Virus record (IMG/VR): IMGVR_UViG_3300025093_000011
Span: 1-64,000 of that record
Reading direction: 5' to 3' (one strand)
DNA from: a virus
Length of the DNA: 64,000 bases
The position numbers were made by a program, and so were the translations under genes. The first letter of the stretch is position 1, and each line of letters starts with the position of its first letter. This document shows, piece by piece, positions 37,101 through 47,450 of the stretch. Under the pieces are notes generated by a model that saw only the letters and a program-made list of their open reading frames with translations, did not search any database and was not told the DNA's origin.

Positions 37101-39678
37101 ATTTAATATTGAGGATGCAATATATGTTTGGGATGATGTTCAGCAATTTCCTGAATATACGGACTCTTTTGGTAACTCTAGAACTTATATAATAAATAAT
37201 AAGCAAAGACCTAGAATGCCAGTGATGAGAGTTACAACAGCTAATGGTACTCAAGATGGTCCTTATTATATAATGGATCCTAGTACAGGTAATTTTTATG
37301 ATCAATCATTAATGACTTTAGATTATGCTTCTGAAACTTTTAGTGATGTAAATCATAACCCTGAAGGTAAATTAAAAGGATTCAATACTAAAATAGCAAG
37401 TTGGTATGGAGCATTAAAATATAACATTAGAAATCAATACGGTCAGTTAAATACTATTAGACAAATTCTTGCAACTCCTTGTGAGCAGATTATTGATTTT
37501 AATAATATAGGTGAAAATAATTATGGTAACAGTGTTCCTAACTGTACTACACCTTTAGTACATAAAGTTATTACAGAAACATCTACATTCTTTGGTGGTG
37601 ATACATATATTAATAGATTCACTGATAAAAACATAATGCCTTTCTTTGAAAACTGGCTTTACAACCAAGGAAAAGATTCAATATTTAATTACTTTCTAGT
37701 TCCAAGTGTTCCATTTCCAAAGTTCTGGGCTAATAGTGAACCGTGGGATTTTTCAGAATTTAATATAAATAATGTTGCAGATGTTATACTAGGAAACAAT
37801 CAAGGATCAGGTTTATTTCCTACAAGTTATTATAATTTAGACAATAAAAATTATAAAGCTGAAAGCAATAAAACTCCTGCAATTCCTGGGTATCCAGGAG
37901 TTCTATTCCCTAAGAATTCTTACTTCTATTTAGCAGCATGTGGTATTAGAGATTTCTTTGTAGAAAGTGATGTACTAGTTGACTTTAGAACAAGAGGAAA
38001 CTTACCAAGAGAATGGCATTATGATAAGTACAGATATACAAATCTTAAAGACTTATTTGATATTAATCCAGAGGTTTTAATTAAAGGTAACTTTTATGGA
38101 TATGATTATTCTTTATCTGTTTATAACTTTTTTATTAGTCAAATACTTAGTTTAGGTAATCTGCAAGATATCAGTTATGATCCTACTGTGGCACAACTTT
38201 GTTTTACACATTTCCCAAATGTAGTTCATTATTCTTTACCTGAAACACAAGAAAATCTTGTTGAGTCTTGGAGAACATTTTTATTATTAAATAAAGTTAC
38301 TTTTAAGAATAATATAAATTCAATAAAAAGCTTTGGTAAAACAGGTATGTTTGTAACTTTTGAAGATGCAAGTCCTTTAATATACCAAGGTGTTGATGAG
38401 AGAGAAACTTATTTAGGTGTTAGTGCAACTGTAGGTGATGGATTATTATTCTCAGCTACTCCTGTTAATGTAACTGCAGCAGATAAGAAGTATGAGTACG
38501 GTTCATCTCAAGATAGACTTGCTGTACTTTCTTCACCTGCAGGCTTATACTATATGAGTCAACAACAAGGAAAAATCTTTTCTTATTCTCAAGGTTTAAA
38601 GGAGATATCTAATATTAATATGAAATGGTGGTTTAATGAATTCTTACCATACAAACTTATAGAAGACTTTCCAAACTTTGAGCATGTAGATAATCCTGTA
38701 GCAGGTATAGGTTGTTCAATAGGTTATAACAATAATGATACAATGTTATACTTCTCTAAGAAAGATTATATGCTTAAACCTGAATATAAAGGTAAAGTAA
38801 CTTATGTTTCTGGAGATACATTTCATTACACTATTATGACAGATAGTGGTAAAGAAAGTATTACAAAAATAAAATTAGGAGATGAAAGAGTTTTTGAAGA
38901 TGCTTCTTGGACATTAAGTTATGACCCAAAAAATGGAAAATGGATTTCATTCCATGACTGGCATCCTAATTTATATTTATCAGGAAGAAACAAACATTAT
39001 ACAACTAAACTAGGAAAAGTATGGGAGCATAATGCTGGTTGTAATGATTACTGTAACTTCTACGGAAAACAATTTCCTTTTGAAGTAGGTATTCCATTTA
39101 CCACAGGACAAATAGTTACTACATTCAGAAGTGTTCAATATTTACTAGAGTGTTATAAAAGAGATGCAGAATTCTGTGTTGATCAATATCATGTTTTAGA
39201 TTACAACTTTGATCAAGCAGTTGTATACAACTCTGAACAAGTTTCAGGATATCTTAATCTTAACATGTTCCCTAAGAATAATATTACTTTAGCACAAGAG
39301 TATCCAAAGATAAATACATCTTCTATAGATATATTAGTATCAAAGGTGGAGCAAAAGTACAGATTTAATGAGTTCTGGGATATTACTAAAGATAGAGGAG
39401 AGTTTCCACAAGGAGCAGGTTCTCCTGCAACAGGACCTTTAGTACCTAACACTACAACTTTACTTGGTAATTATACTCAAGAGCAGATATGGAAAACTCA
39501 AGCAAATGGTTATATCCAAACTTTAAATCCTGCTAACTTAAATTATAATAAACCTCAAATGCAAAGAAAGAAGTTTAGACACTATACTAATTTCTTAAAA
39601 CTATCTAAACTTAATCCTCAAGATACCAACATGGTATTTAAGATTACTAAAAGCTTAGAACAAAACTCACCAAGATAA
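34192..39678 (+). CDS. Tail muzzle / stabilization protein
   Basis: 1828 aa with GYLRDEVY.F, IRHHKFPD, FGGDTYI.RF and SWTLSYDP...WISFHDW.P motifs typical of crAss muzzle proteins. Confidence 0.82.
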   Translation: MAKKKQGPNTPINLGDSNLDASRTFIKGLSKDTDPSFIEEGMWTYARNAVNNTKEGDIGTLSNEESNAQCITIGQDIGRPVNPVIVGAISLFESKWVLYTAIYDAQGDNVITSEIGLFEEDFCKYRPIVRDKCLNFSKFNLVTGGSREKGDCTWQVYWADNLNPDRYLNIGDPKLWPADDYSWLGGLDGSSTINYYSNGVNTQFLWPGVEWQKGPNSQTPEPCLDFPNLNKLNCDEIRLASLVRTPCVDVSVSDQPGQLDNGSYTFAVAYTINNQKASSYFSLTYVQPIWNEVNGKGAVEVTIENLDSDHFDQYVLACAYVVNGSAVYKQIGFYSISTEKVILDQINDSLVNISPSQLFIPDYVIEKSEQIVEANRYLLRIGPSLRFDFNYQPLANMINTEWVSVEYPETYYRDGGKNAGYLRDEVYTFFIRWIYDTGDKSSSYHIPGRAPSTYVVNGVSYPEDGSYSDINTFPGEDKLFETINTATVTPQLPPMDNGDGGKVVAYGKMGYWESTEIYPDNKPEIWNSSYHCWTKNNDPNNDLCGKPIRHHKFPDNSLHQKANHFNEDSGLYTIRLMGVRFKNIILPKDNDGNDIPGIVGYEILRGSRQGNRSVVAKGMVNNFRDYTLQGTSGGNDAKVGLYANYPYNSIRPALNSGSMGDHNFGFNDPYILSRSGEQPLFAGDADPSHINQTVPRDMLSFLSPDTSFQTPYLGMPEFKVYGYLTGEAEQSFVEPNGHPEFKLFSDSIVVIALLGGLVNALFQAVGTIHVNYPAGYFEPEYVATGKTAYQWNVAGGPPLAGGTTDNIPGAKLEGEFTNETQSQNLKNTSTEFSPNEPDDIETNVSKWNAFNQIFFPGTSGLYGHSDFNKRLVDISQRTRDKGKFLVNPNYERKFTAPDMLPSYLQFMYSTAGAAAGVNQLLFDFLDGAQTTTDLLTSIIRSRQYALELIGHGNYSDFVSLPSNQTVISSRFNIEDAIYVWDDVQQFPEYTDSFGNSRTYIINNKQRPRMPVMRVTTANGTQDGPYYIMDPSTGNFYDQSLMTLDYASETFSDVNHNPEGKLKGFNTKIASWYGALKYNIRNQYGQLNTIRQILATPCEQIIDFNNIGENNYGNSVPNCTTPLVHKVITETSTFFGGDTYINRFTDKNIMPFFENWLYNQGKDSIFNYFLVPSVPFPKFWANSEPWDFSEFNINNVADVILGNNQGSGLFPTSYYNLDNKNYKAESNKTPAIPGYPGVLFPKNSYFYLAACGIRDFFVESDVLVDFRTRGNLPREWHYDKYRYTNLKDLFDINPEVLIKGNFYGYDYSLSVYNFFISQILSLGNLQDISYDPTVAQLCFTHFPNVVHYSLPETQENLVESWRTFLLLNKVTFKNNINSIKSFGKTGMFVTFEDASPLIYQGVDERETYLGVSATVGDGLLFSATPVNVTAADKKYEYGSSQDRLAVLSSPAGLYYMSQQQGKIFSYSQGLKEISNINMKWWFNEFLPYKLIEDFPNFEHVDNPVAGIGCSIGYNNNDTMLYFSKKDYMLKPEYKGKVTYVSGDTFHYTIMTDSGKESITKIKLGDERVFEDASWTLSYDPKNGKWISFHDWHPNLYLSGRNKHYTTKLGKVWEHNAGCNDYCNFYGKQFPFEVGIPFTTGQIVTTFRSVQYLLECYKRDAEFCVDQYHVLDYNFDQAVVYNSEQVSGYLNLNMFPKNNITLAQEYPKINTSSIDILVSKVEQKYRFNEFWDITKDRGEFPQGAGSPATGPLVPNTTTLLGNYTQEQIWKTQANGYIQTLNPANLNYNKPQMQRKKFRHYTNFLKLSKLNPQDTNMVFKITKSLEQNSPR

Positions 39679-42600
39679 TGAAGTTTAAACAGAGTAAATA
39701 CGGACAGTGGGCTTATCCAGGAGAAAATACATTAATTCCAAATGTAGATGGAAAGATAACTATGCAAGGTGTAGGAGGTCCTGTATTAGGTATTGATGAT
39801 GAAGGCAATAGTATGATGATGATGCCTGGTCATGATTATCAATTTCCGGGAAACTCTGTTTATGAAATACCAATGTATGGTAATGGTGGCCCTAAAGTAA
39901 AACAAAGAAGAGGAGTTAGAAAAAACTATGATAATAAAACATGGACTCCTTCAGGTCTTCAGTTTCCTACAAGTGTATCTTCTCATTTAATGAGAGCTGA
40001 ATATATTCCAGAAAGAGGGTGGGTAGCATTTCCTTCTTTATTTCAAGATTCTAAACCTTATGCAGATGATCAGCAAAATTGGATAGATATGTCTGAAGAA
40101 GAAGATTTGATGAAAGTTTATGAAGAGGCAGAAAGAAGAGGTGAGGTATATGACTTTGGAGAAGACAAGGAAGCTGCTTTAGCATTTGGAGAAGGTTCTT
40201 GGAAAGATCAATTACCAGATGAAGTTATAGAGGTTGAATTAACAGATAAAGAAGCTGACAAATACAGAGCAGGTGGATATATACTAGAAGAGATAGATGA
40301 GGGTGGAGAACCAGGACCAGGAGGACCTATATATGTTAAAGATAAAAATGATCCTAGATATCAAGAGTATTTAAAAAGAAAAGAACTATATGAAAAGTCT
40401 AAAGAAGCTTTTTATAGAGACCAAAAAGACTATGAAAAAAAGTGGGCTACTGAACATCCTACTACGGGGAAAATTAGTAAAGTTTATTTTAGTACTAATC
40501 CTAAAAATGTAAAAGATGATTGGAGTAAACCTACTCGTACTAAATATGATGAGGCTATTAAAAATAGATATTTTTTAGCATACGGTGACTCACCATCTAA
40601 TAACCCAGGCAATTTGAATAAATGGGATATAAGTAAAAATACATTAAATAGTGATGCATCAATTTTAGATTCCTCTGATACAAAAGTTGAGTTAGATGGA
40701 AGAATGAAAAATATATATAAGTTAGCAAAGAACTATGGTATTAAACCTGATTTTCATCAAACTGAAAATGTTGGATCAATCAATGTAACAAGTAATGTAT
40801 TTTTTAAAAAACCGGAGTTTGAAGTTATTGTTGATCCAAGTAAAGTGCCTGCTGAAGAAGAACTTACATTTGAAGATATGACTATTCCACAAATGGAAAC
40901 TTTAGATCCTCAAGTGATTCCTACAAATCTACAAAATTTTGTTTATGGACCTATAGACGATAATTGGCCAGAAGAAGAAGGATATACCCGTAGAGAACTC
41001 AGACAACAAGAAAGAGAAGGTAAACAAGATGATATACAACAAAATATTAAAACTAATAGAGTCTACAATCTTTTCGGTAAAAAGAAAAAAAATAGAGATA
41101 GAAAATCATACAGAAGAAAGTGGTTTGAAGAAGGTGGATATATATTAGAAGAGTTACACGAAGGAGGTGTTCCACATCAACATCCTCACAGTACAGATCC
41201 AACACCTTCAAGAACACCTAGAGTTTATACTTATAAAGATCATAAAGACATTATAGATAGTACTGCTAATTGGGAAACTAGATCAGATGTTCCAATTAGT
41301 TCAGATTATAATGCTCAAATACAAGATAGACTTTATTCAGGAAACTATGGATTTGATTCTAAAACTGGTCAGCTTATTAAGCTTGATAAAAGAGGTAGAA
41401 CTAAAGTAAAAGATCCTTATGTAAAAGAAGTTAAAAAAGATTTAAAAGTCATGCAAGACATGACACAGGATGAGAAGTTAAATTATCAACAAGGTAAAAG
41501 AGATGATAAAGACTGGGAGTTACATAAAAAATATATAGAAGGTAAAGTACCTCATACTATATCTACTGTAGATGCTTGGAGACCTCACTTTCAATTAACA
41601 GATAAGTACGGAAATACTTTTGATGCATATGATAGACCTGGTCAAGAAGTATTCATGACTCCAGCTCAAAAGGATGCATATATAAAAGCATCAGTTGCTC
41701 ATAATGCACCTATATGGAAAGAGCAAGCAAATAATGTATTTGGAGCTGCAACAGCATTTACACCTTGGGGTGCAGGAGTATGGGGAATGTATGGTCTTGC
41801 AAACTTGGGCTTAAAATCAGCACCTGAGCTTGTAAGTGATCCGGGGTCACTTGAAAACTGGAAAAATGTAGGTTTAGATCTTGTAACTGCATCTCCTTTT
41901 GTTCCTGGATCAGTTAGAGCTATTAAAAGATCAGCACCTGCTATAAAATCTAATACAAGAAAATTAGTTACAGCTATAGATGATGCTATACCTACTCCAG
42001 CTCCAGGAAGTCAAACATTTGCTTCTGGAATTATACCAGACGTTAAAAGAAATTTAAAAGTTTTAAAAAGTAAATTAAAATCAAAACCAAAATCATCTAA
42101 ACCAGATGTTAAAGAAAAATTAAAGAAAGGAACAACTCAAGAAGAATTTGATGCATTTGAAAAATCATTAAAACCAGGAGAATATCTTGATGAATATAGA
42201 GTAAAATTTGACAATCCGGCAGAAAGTCCTATAGGATGGTCTCCTGGTATGGTTCCAGGAGCAACTACACCAAGAAAACTGCTGAGGGAGGTAAGAAATT
42301 TTTCAATGGGAAACTTTCCTCTAGTAAATAGATTACCTATAGTAAGAAGAATGTCAGGGTCACCTTCAGTAGTTCATCCTGATGTTTTAAAGTATACACC
42401 ATATAAAAGTATGTATAATGCTCCTATTCCTGTAGGACCTCAAGGTTTTGATACATTTAATAGATTTAAGGATTTATCATCAAAACTTAAATATCCAGTA
42501 GGTCCTATAACTCAAAAAGAAGTAATTGCTTTAAATACAAAGCTTGATGATATAATGGGTTCGCAAACAATTAGTAGTAGAGGTGTTAAACCTAACAAAA

Positions 42601-45600
42601 AAGGTTTTCAAAAAGCAGCAAAGCAATATAATAGAATATTTGGAAATACAAAATTTGATGTAAAACCAGGTTCAACAAATTTTAGTAGACATGAACTTAA
42701 TAAGTTTTTATACAAAGGTGATAATAAAATAGGTGATGTTATGCCTACTACTGAGAGAGTTTTCATGAATCTTGCTATGCCTACTGTTACAGGATTGAGT
42801 GGATATCTTGCATATGATAGTGATACTGGACGTGATATTAGAGACTGGCTTCAAAATAATTGGCAAGCTTATGGAAATAAGCTTAATAGAGTGACAGGAT
42901 TAAATATTGTACCTACAGATATTACTAAAGCAGGGAATATAGTAAGAAATCCTAGTAGTGGAGACACAGGTCCAACTCCATATGATACTTTAATACGTTT
43001 AGATGATAATGTTTTAGGTTATGGAAATATTGATTCTGCTCCATCAAAATATACTACTATACTAGGAGGAGACTTTGTAAATAAATCAGATCAAAACAGA
43101 TATACTAAAGACAATACTGTTAGAATGGCACAGGACTGGACAGATGCTATAGAGAATGATCCTCGACAACAGGTTGGAGATAGAAGGTCTGGTGAACGTC
43201 CATTAAGAGTAAAGGATATTAAAAGTTATTATGGTGTAGAAAATGGTAAACTTAAATTAGGAATGCCTGAAGATTTTGAACCTGGAACAACTATTATACC
43301 TAATAGATATGATAAAGGTCAAACTGTTGCAAAAGCATTAAATGTAAAAGATGAGGGAGTATTTAGAATAGTAGATTCAAAAGGAAAACCAATATATCAA
43401 AATTCATCAAACTTTGGTAAAATTATATTTACTTCAGATGAAGGAGATCCTATATTTGTATCATTTGATAGTAACCCACGTTCAAGACAAACTGCTGTTG
43501 ATCAAGTTAATCAGTATATTGAAACACATAAAAATGTTAAACCAATAGTTCTTGATACAGGAAGATTTGCTCACTGGATGCATAATCCTAAAGGGTTAGA
43601 AACGATGCAAGGAGATACTGAATCTACAGGAAATGAACTATATTGGTCTACAGGTTCTATGGGTGGATCAGATAGAGGTTATAATATTTTTATTGAAAAA
43701 CCAAGACCTGTAAGAAGACCAAGAGGTGGTGGAGGTAGTTGGAAAGAAGGTGGACAACTTCCTAAAGCTCAAATGGGTGCGATCTCTACTATTAATCCTT
43801 ACTGGGCTATTCGGGGTCATAATAATGTTATAAAAGCTGGTGAAGCTTTGGGGTTACTTGGGAAAGATAGAAACAGAGTTGGATCATGTCCAAAAGGTAA
43901 GATCTATGATCATGAAGATGATGAGTGTATTAGTTATGAAGTTTATTTTAAAAAATATCCAAGAGGAGAAAAAATTAATAAAGCTATTGTAGAAGCTAAT
44001 GAAAGTTATCCTAAAGATGTACAATGGTTTAAAGATTATATGAATTCTCCTAGGTATAAACAAATGCTTAAGGAATCAATAGAAGCTGATTACCCTAGTC
44101 CTGCATGGAATCCTAATGCAACTCACCCTTGGGCTAACAGGGCTTTTAAAACTATGTATAATGAAAGAAACTTTAATCTAGCCAGTACACCACCTCCTAT
44201 ATATTTTCATAAAGAAAATGGAAACAGCAACAGTCCTCATCCAGATGGAGACTATCTTGCTTTATCTTCCGGTGTAGATGGAAGAGTTACTCATGATCCT
44301 AAATATCTATCATTGCAAACCCCTACATTTAAAGGAGAGGATAAGCATGCTTTTATACATGAACTCAGTCATGCTACAGATAGAGCACCTGGATATCGTT
44401 ATCCTCAAAATTGGAATAAAAAGTTAAACAGATTAATTCCTGTTTCTGATGTAAAATATATGAATAAAAATGCAACTACTGAATTTGATAAAAGTAGAGT
44501 TTGGAATAACCTTAAAGCAACTTATGAAGTCGATGGACTGTTTCCTTCTCATGTAAAGACTCCTACACAAAAATTGGAATGGTATGCAAAAACTTATCCT
44601 GATGCTATAGAATTACAAACTAAAACTAGCAAATATATTGCAAATCCTACTGAAACTAGAGCAAGGTTAATGGAAATTAGAAGAGCAGGTCAAAAGGCAG
44701 GCATATATGATCCGTTTACAGAAAAAGTAGATAAGAAAATTTTTAATAAACTAAAAAGAAGAAGAAGTCATACAGACAGGGGATTGGTACCTTTAGACGA
44801 CCTTCAACAGGTATATGATGATGATGAGATACTGTGGATGTTAAACAACATATCTAAGAATGAAGCTCCTCAAGTAGAAGGAGATGACATGCAAATGGCA
44901 AAAAAAGGTGGTTCTGTAGATATAGAGCTTACTGAAAAGGAAGTTGCTGAATATTTAAAAGGTGGTTATATCCTAGAAGAACTTCAAGATGGTGGATATC
45001 CAGGTGGAATAGACAGAGAGTTATATCAATATGAAGAAGGAAGAAAAACCTTAGATCAGCTAAGTCCTAAAGCAAAAAAAATTGCAATAGCAAATAACAA
45101 AAAAAATTATAAAAACAATCCTAATCCATTTGCATTTACAAAAATGCAATTTGAGTTTGATAAAAAACAATCAGATAAGAAATTAAAAAAAATTAAAGAA
45201 CAAAGTAAAAACTTATTAAATACATCTTCATCAGGTAATAAATTTGACCTTAATGATAAATTTAAATTTAAAGGGTTTGATACTAGAAGTGAAGAACAAA
45301 AAAGAATAGATGAAGAAAATTTTCAAAAATCAGTTCAAGACTCTTCTGCTTCAACTCAAGATGGATATGGTTTACCTATAAGTTTAATAGATGGTTCTAA
45401 AGAAGATCTAGCCAACTTTATGTATGATACTCCTAGAGAGCTTACTGCTGATGAAAAATCTAAGGCTTTATCTTGGATATCTGGACAGCCTCAGAATAAA
45501 GAGTTGTCAAATGATGATATCTACCAATTAATGGAAGGTCAGGTAAAATATTTAAATATACCAAAGAAAAGTGATGAGCAAATAGTACAAGAGTATTATA

Positions 45601-47450
45601 ATCAAGTTGCAAAGAATCCTAATTATCTTAAAAGAAACCTTGGAAAACCAGGTCCTTCAATTCATATACCTTATGAAGCTATGAAAAGATTGGAAGAGAA
45701 AAAGAAAAAAGAATTAGAAGGCTATGAAGTAACAGATGCATCACCCGGACCATTTGATGACCATATAGAATTTGCTAAAGAACTAACTATAAATCCTGCA
45801 ATAAGAACATATAATAAACTAACCACTGATCCTATAGGTTTTGGAAAAGATATTGGTACTACATACTCAGATCTTGTAACATCTCCAATTACTGCAGGTA
45901 AAGAGCTTTATGATTACACTCTTGGTGATGGCAACTTTGAGTTTGATAAGATTATTGACATGAATGCATTAGGTACAACTCTTGATCTAGTTGGGTCAGT
46001 ACCTATAAGTTCTGTTTTTACAAAGGTTCTTAAACCTGTAACTAAGTTTACTAAACCTGCTATAACTAAAGGGTTCTCTAAAGCACGTAAAGCTTTTAAG
46101 AGAAAACCAAATTACTATGAAAAGGTTGCAAATAGTGAGGGTATGGTCGATTTAAACCGTAAATTATATATAACAGATGAAAGCTATAACGCATGGTTAA
46201 AAAAATTTCCAGATTATGCAAATGATGAAACTCAAGTAAGTAAAATGTTACAAAAAGTTGACTCTGGAGAAATAGGAGTGTTGCAAAAAAAGCCATCTAA
46301 ATATTCTGTTAGAGAGGATGAGTTAATATTACCTCCAGAGAAGTTTAAAATTGTAGATGAGCAAGTAAAAATTAAGTTGGATAGAATGAAAAGTGAGAAA
46401 GGTTTTAAGCTTTTAAAAGAGCAAGAAAAAGCCTATCTAAATAAAACCCTTAATAAAGATGGTAAGCTAACTGCAAAAGAACTAGATGAAATGGCTGAGA
46501 CTGCTGCTAATGCTAGAATTGATGAAGTTGAAAATCTTTATAATACTAAAAACTATTCAGCAGACATCGAAATGTCAGCTTGGCATAGAAGAAGTCCTGA
46601 ATTAGGAAATTTATATGATAAGAGTGGACAATATGTAGCCAACATAAATAAAACATTTAGTCCTACTAATAAAGAGGTAGTTTTAGGCTTTAACCCTAAT
46701 TATGTAACAAGGAAAAATCCTGCTGTAATACAGCATGAATTAGGGCATATGGCTAGTGCAGGTAGAGACATACCTATAGAAAAAGAATTAATAGAAGCTG
46801 TTGGAAAACCTAATGTTTATAAAAATATTCCAAAAGGACAAAAGTATAATGATGGAGCATGGAGAGCTCATAATTATTTTATAAAAAAAGATGAAATGGG
46901 TGAAAAACTAGTAGAAACACTTCGCAAACTAGATCCTGTAGAAAATCAAAGTCTTACAAAGAGTCAGCTTTTTGATAAATATAAACATTATAAGGATGCA
47001 AACTTTCCTTATATGGCAAGTGATATTAGAATAAATACTTTAAAAGGTGGGGAACCTATACCATTTGCTCATGAGCTTAAGGAAACTTTAATGCAACAAG
47101 GTTTACTAAAAGATTGGTTTGATCCAGTTACTAAAGATATGTTAATACAATCTCAAAAATTAAGTAAACAAACACCACGAGGTTATTTTCAAAAATCTTC
47201 TTGGCACGATGGTAAATTAGATAAGCATGGACATGTTCAATCAACAACTAGAATTTTAGATTTTACAGATCCTTCAAGATATGAACAATTAGCTAAAGTG
47301 TTAAATAAACTTGCACCTGTTGTAGCAAGTCCTGTTGTAGCAACTAGCATGCTTGATAATAAAAGAGATGGAGGTTTTATAGATACTGAACTTACAGAAG
47401 ATGAAGTATTGGATTTATTACAAAAAGGTTATAACTTAGAAGAATTATGA
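39678..47450 (+). CDS. Giant modular virion cargo protein with two zincin (HExxH) domains
   Basis: N-terminal ITM.GV..PVLGID..G....M.PG.DY.FPG domain, HELSH and HELGH, and repeated GGYILEEL linkers. Confidence 0.7.
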   Translation: MKFKQSKYGQWAYPGENTLIPNVDGKITMQGVGGPVLGIDDEGNSMMMMPGHDYQFPGNSVYEIPMYGNGGPKVKQRRGVRKNYDNKTWTPSGLQFPTSVSSHLMRAEYIPERGWVAFPSLFQDSKPYADDQQNWIDMSEEEDLMKVYEEAERRGEVYDFGEDKEAALAFGEGSWKDQLPDEVIEVELTDKEADKYRAGGYILEEIDEGGEPGPGGPIYVKDKNDPRYQEYLKRKELYEKSKEAFYRDQKDYEKKWATEHPTTGKISKVYFSTNPKNVKDDWSKPTRTKYDEAIKNRYFLAYGDSPSNNPGNLNKWDISKNTLNSDASILDSSDTKVELDGRMKNIYKLAKNYGIKPDFHQTENVGSINVTSNVFFKKPEFEVIVDPSKVPAEEELTFEDMTIPQMETLDPQVIPTNLQNFVYGPIDDNWPEEEGYTRRELRQQEREGKQDDIQQNIKTNRVYNLFGKKKKNRDRKSYRRKWFEEGGYILEELHEGGVPHQHPHSTDPTPSRTPRVYTYKDHKDIIDSTANWETRSDVPISSDYNAQIQDRLYSGNYGFDSKTGQLIKLDKRGRTKVKDPYVKEVKKDLKVMQDMTQDEKLNYQQGKRDDKDWELHKKYIEGKVPHTISTVDAWRPHFQLTDKYGNTFDAYDRPGQEVFMTPAQKDAYIKASVAHNAPIWKEQANNVFGAATAFTPWGAGVWGMYGLANLGLKSAPELVSDPGSLENWKNVGLDLVTASPFVPGSVRAIKRSAPAIKSNTRKLVTAIDDAIPTPAPGSQTFASGIIPDVKRNLKVLKSKLKSKPKSSKPDVKEKLKKGTTQEEFDAFEKSLKPGEYLDEYRVKFDNPAESPIGWSPGMVPGATTPRKLLREVRNFSMGNFPLVNRLPIVRRMSGSPSVVHPDVLKYTPYKSMYNAPIPVGPQGFDTFNRFKDLSSKLKYPVGPITQKEVIALNTKLDDIMGSQTISSRGVKPNKKGFQKAAKQYNRIFGNTKFDVKPGSTNFSRHELNKFLYKGDNKIGDVMPTTERVFMNLAMPTVTGLSGYLAYDSDTGRDIRDWLQNNWQAYGNKLNRVTGLNIVPTDITKAGNIVRNPSSGDTGPTPYDTLIRLDDNVLGYGNIDSAPSKYTTILGGDFVNKSDQNRYTKDNTVRMAQDWTDAIENDPRQQVGDRRSGERPLRVKDIKSYYGVENGKLKLGMPEDFEPGTTIIPNRYDKGQTVAKALNVKDEGVFRIVDSKGKPIYQNSSNFGKIIFTSDEGDPIFVSFDSNPRSRQTAVDQVNQYIETHKNVKPIVLDTGRFAHWMHNPKGLETMQGDTESTGNELYWSTGSMGGSDRGYNIFIEKPRPVRRPRGGGGSWKEGGQLPKAQMGAISTINPYWAIRGHNNVIKAGEALGLLGKDRNRVGSCPKGKIYDHEDDECISYEVYFKKYPRGEKINKAIVEANESYPKDVQWFKDYMNSPRYKQMLKESIEADYPSPAWNPNATHPWANRAFKTMYNERNFNLASTPPPIYFHKENGNSNSPHPDGDYLALSSGVDGRVTHDPKYLSLQTPTFKGEDKHAFIHELSHATDRAPGYRYPQNWNKKLNRLIPVSDVKYMNKNATTEFDKSRVWNNLKATYEVDGLFPSHVKTPTQKLEWYAKTYPDAIELQTKTSKYIANPTETRARLMEIRRAGQKAGIYDPFTEKVDKKIFNKLKRRRSHTDRGLVPLDDLQQVYDDDEILWMLNNISKNEAPQVEGDDMQMAKKGGSVDIELTEKEVAEYLKGGYILEELQDGGYPGGIDRELYQYEEGRKTLDQLSPKAKKIAIANNKKNYKNNPNPFAFTKMQFEFDKKQSDKKLKKIKEQSKNLLNTSSSGNKFDLNDKFKFKGFDTRSEEQKRIDEENFQKSVQDSSASTQDGYGLPISLIDGSKEDLANFMYDTPRELTADEKSKALSWISGQPQNKELSNDDIYQLMEGQVKYLNIPKKSDEQIVQEYYNQVAKNPNYLKRNLGKPGPSIHIPYEAMKRLEEKKKKELEGYEVTDASPGPFDDHIEFAKELTINPAIRTYNKLTTDPIGFGKDIGTTYSDLVTSPITAGKELYDYTLGDGNFEFDKIIDMNALGTTLDLVGSVPISSVFTKVLKPVTKFTKPAITKGFSKARKAFKRKPNYYEKVANSEGMVDLNRKLYITDESYNAWLKKFPDYANDETQVSKMLQKVDSGEIGVLQKKPSKYSVREDELILPPEKFKIVDEQVKIKLDRMKSEKGFKLLKEQEKAYLNKTLNKDGKLTAKELDEMAETAANARIDEVENLYNTKNYSADIEMSAWHRRSPELGNLYDKSGQYVANINKTFSPTNKEVVLGFNPNYVTRKNPAVIQHELGHMASAGRDIPIEKELIEAVGKPNVYKNIPKGQKYNDGAWRAHNYFIKKDEMGEKLVETLRKLDPVENQSLTKSQLFDKYKHYKDANFPYMASDIRINTLKGGEPIPFAHELKETLMQQGLLKDWFDPVTKDMLIQSQKLSKQTPRGYFQKSSWHDGKLDKHGHVQSTTRILDFTDPSRYEQLAKVLNKLAPVVASPVVATSMLDNKRDGGFIDTELTEDEVLDLLQKGYNLEEL

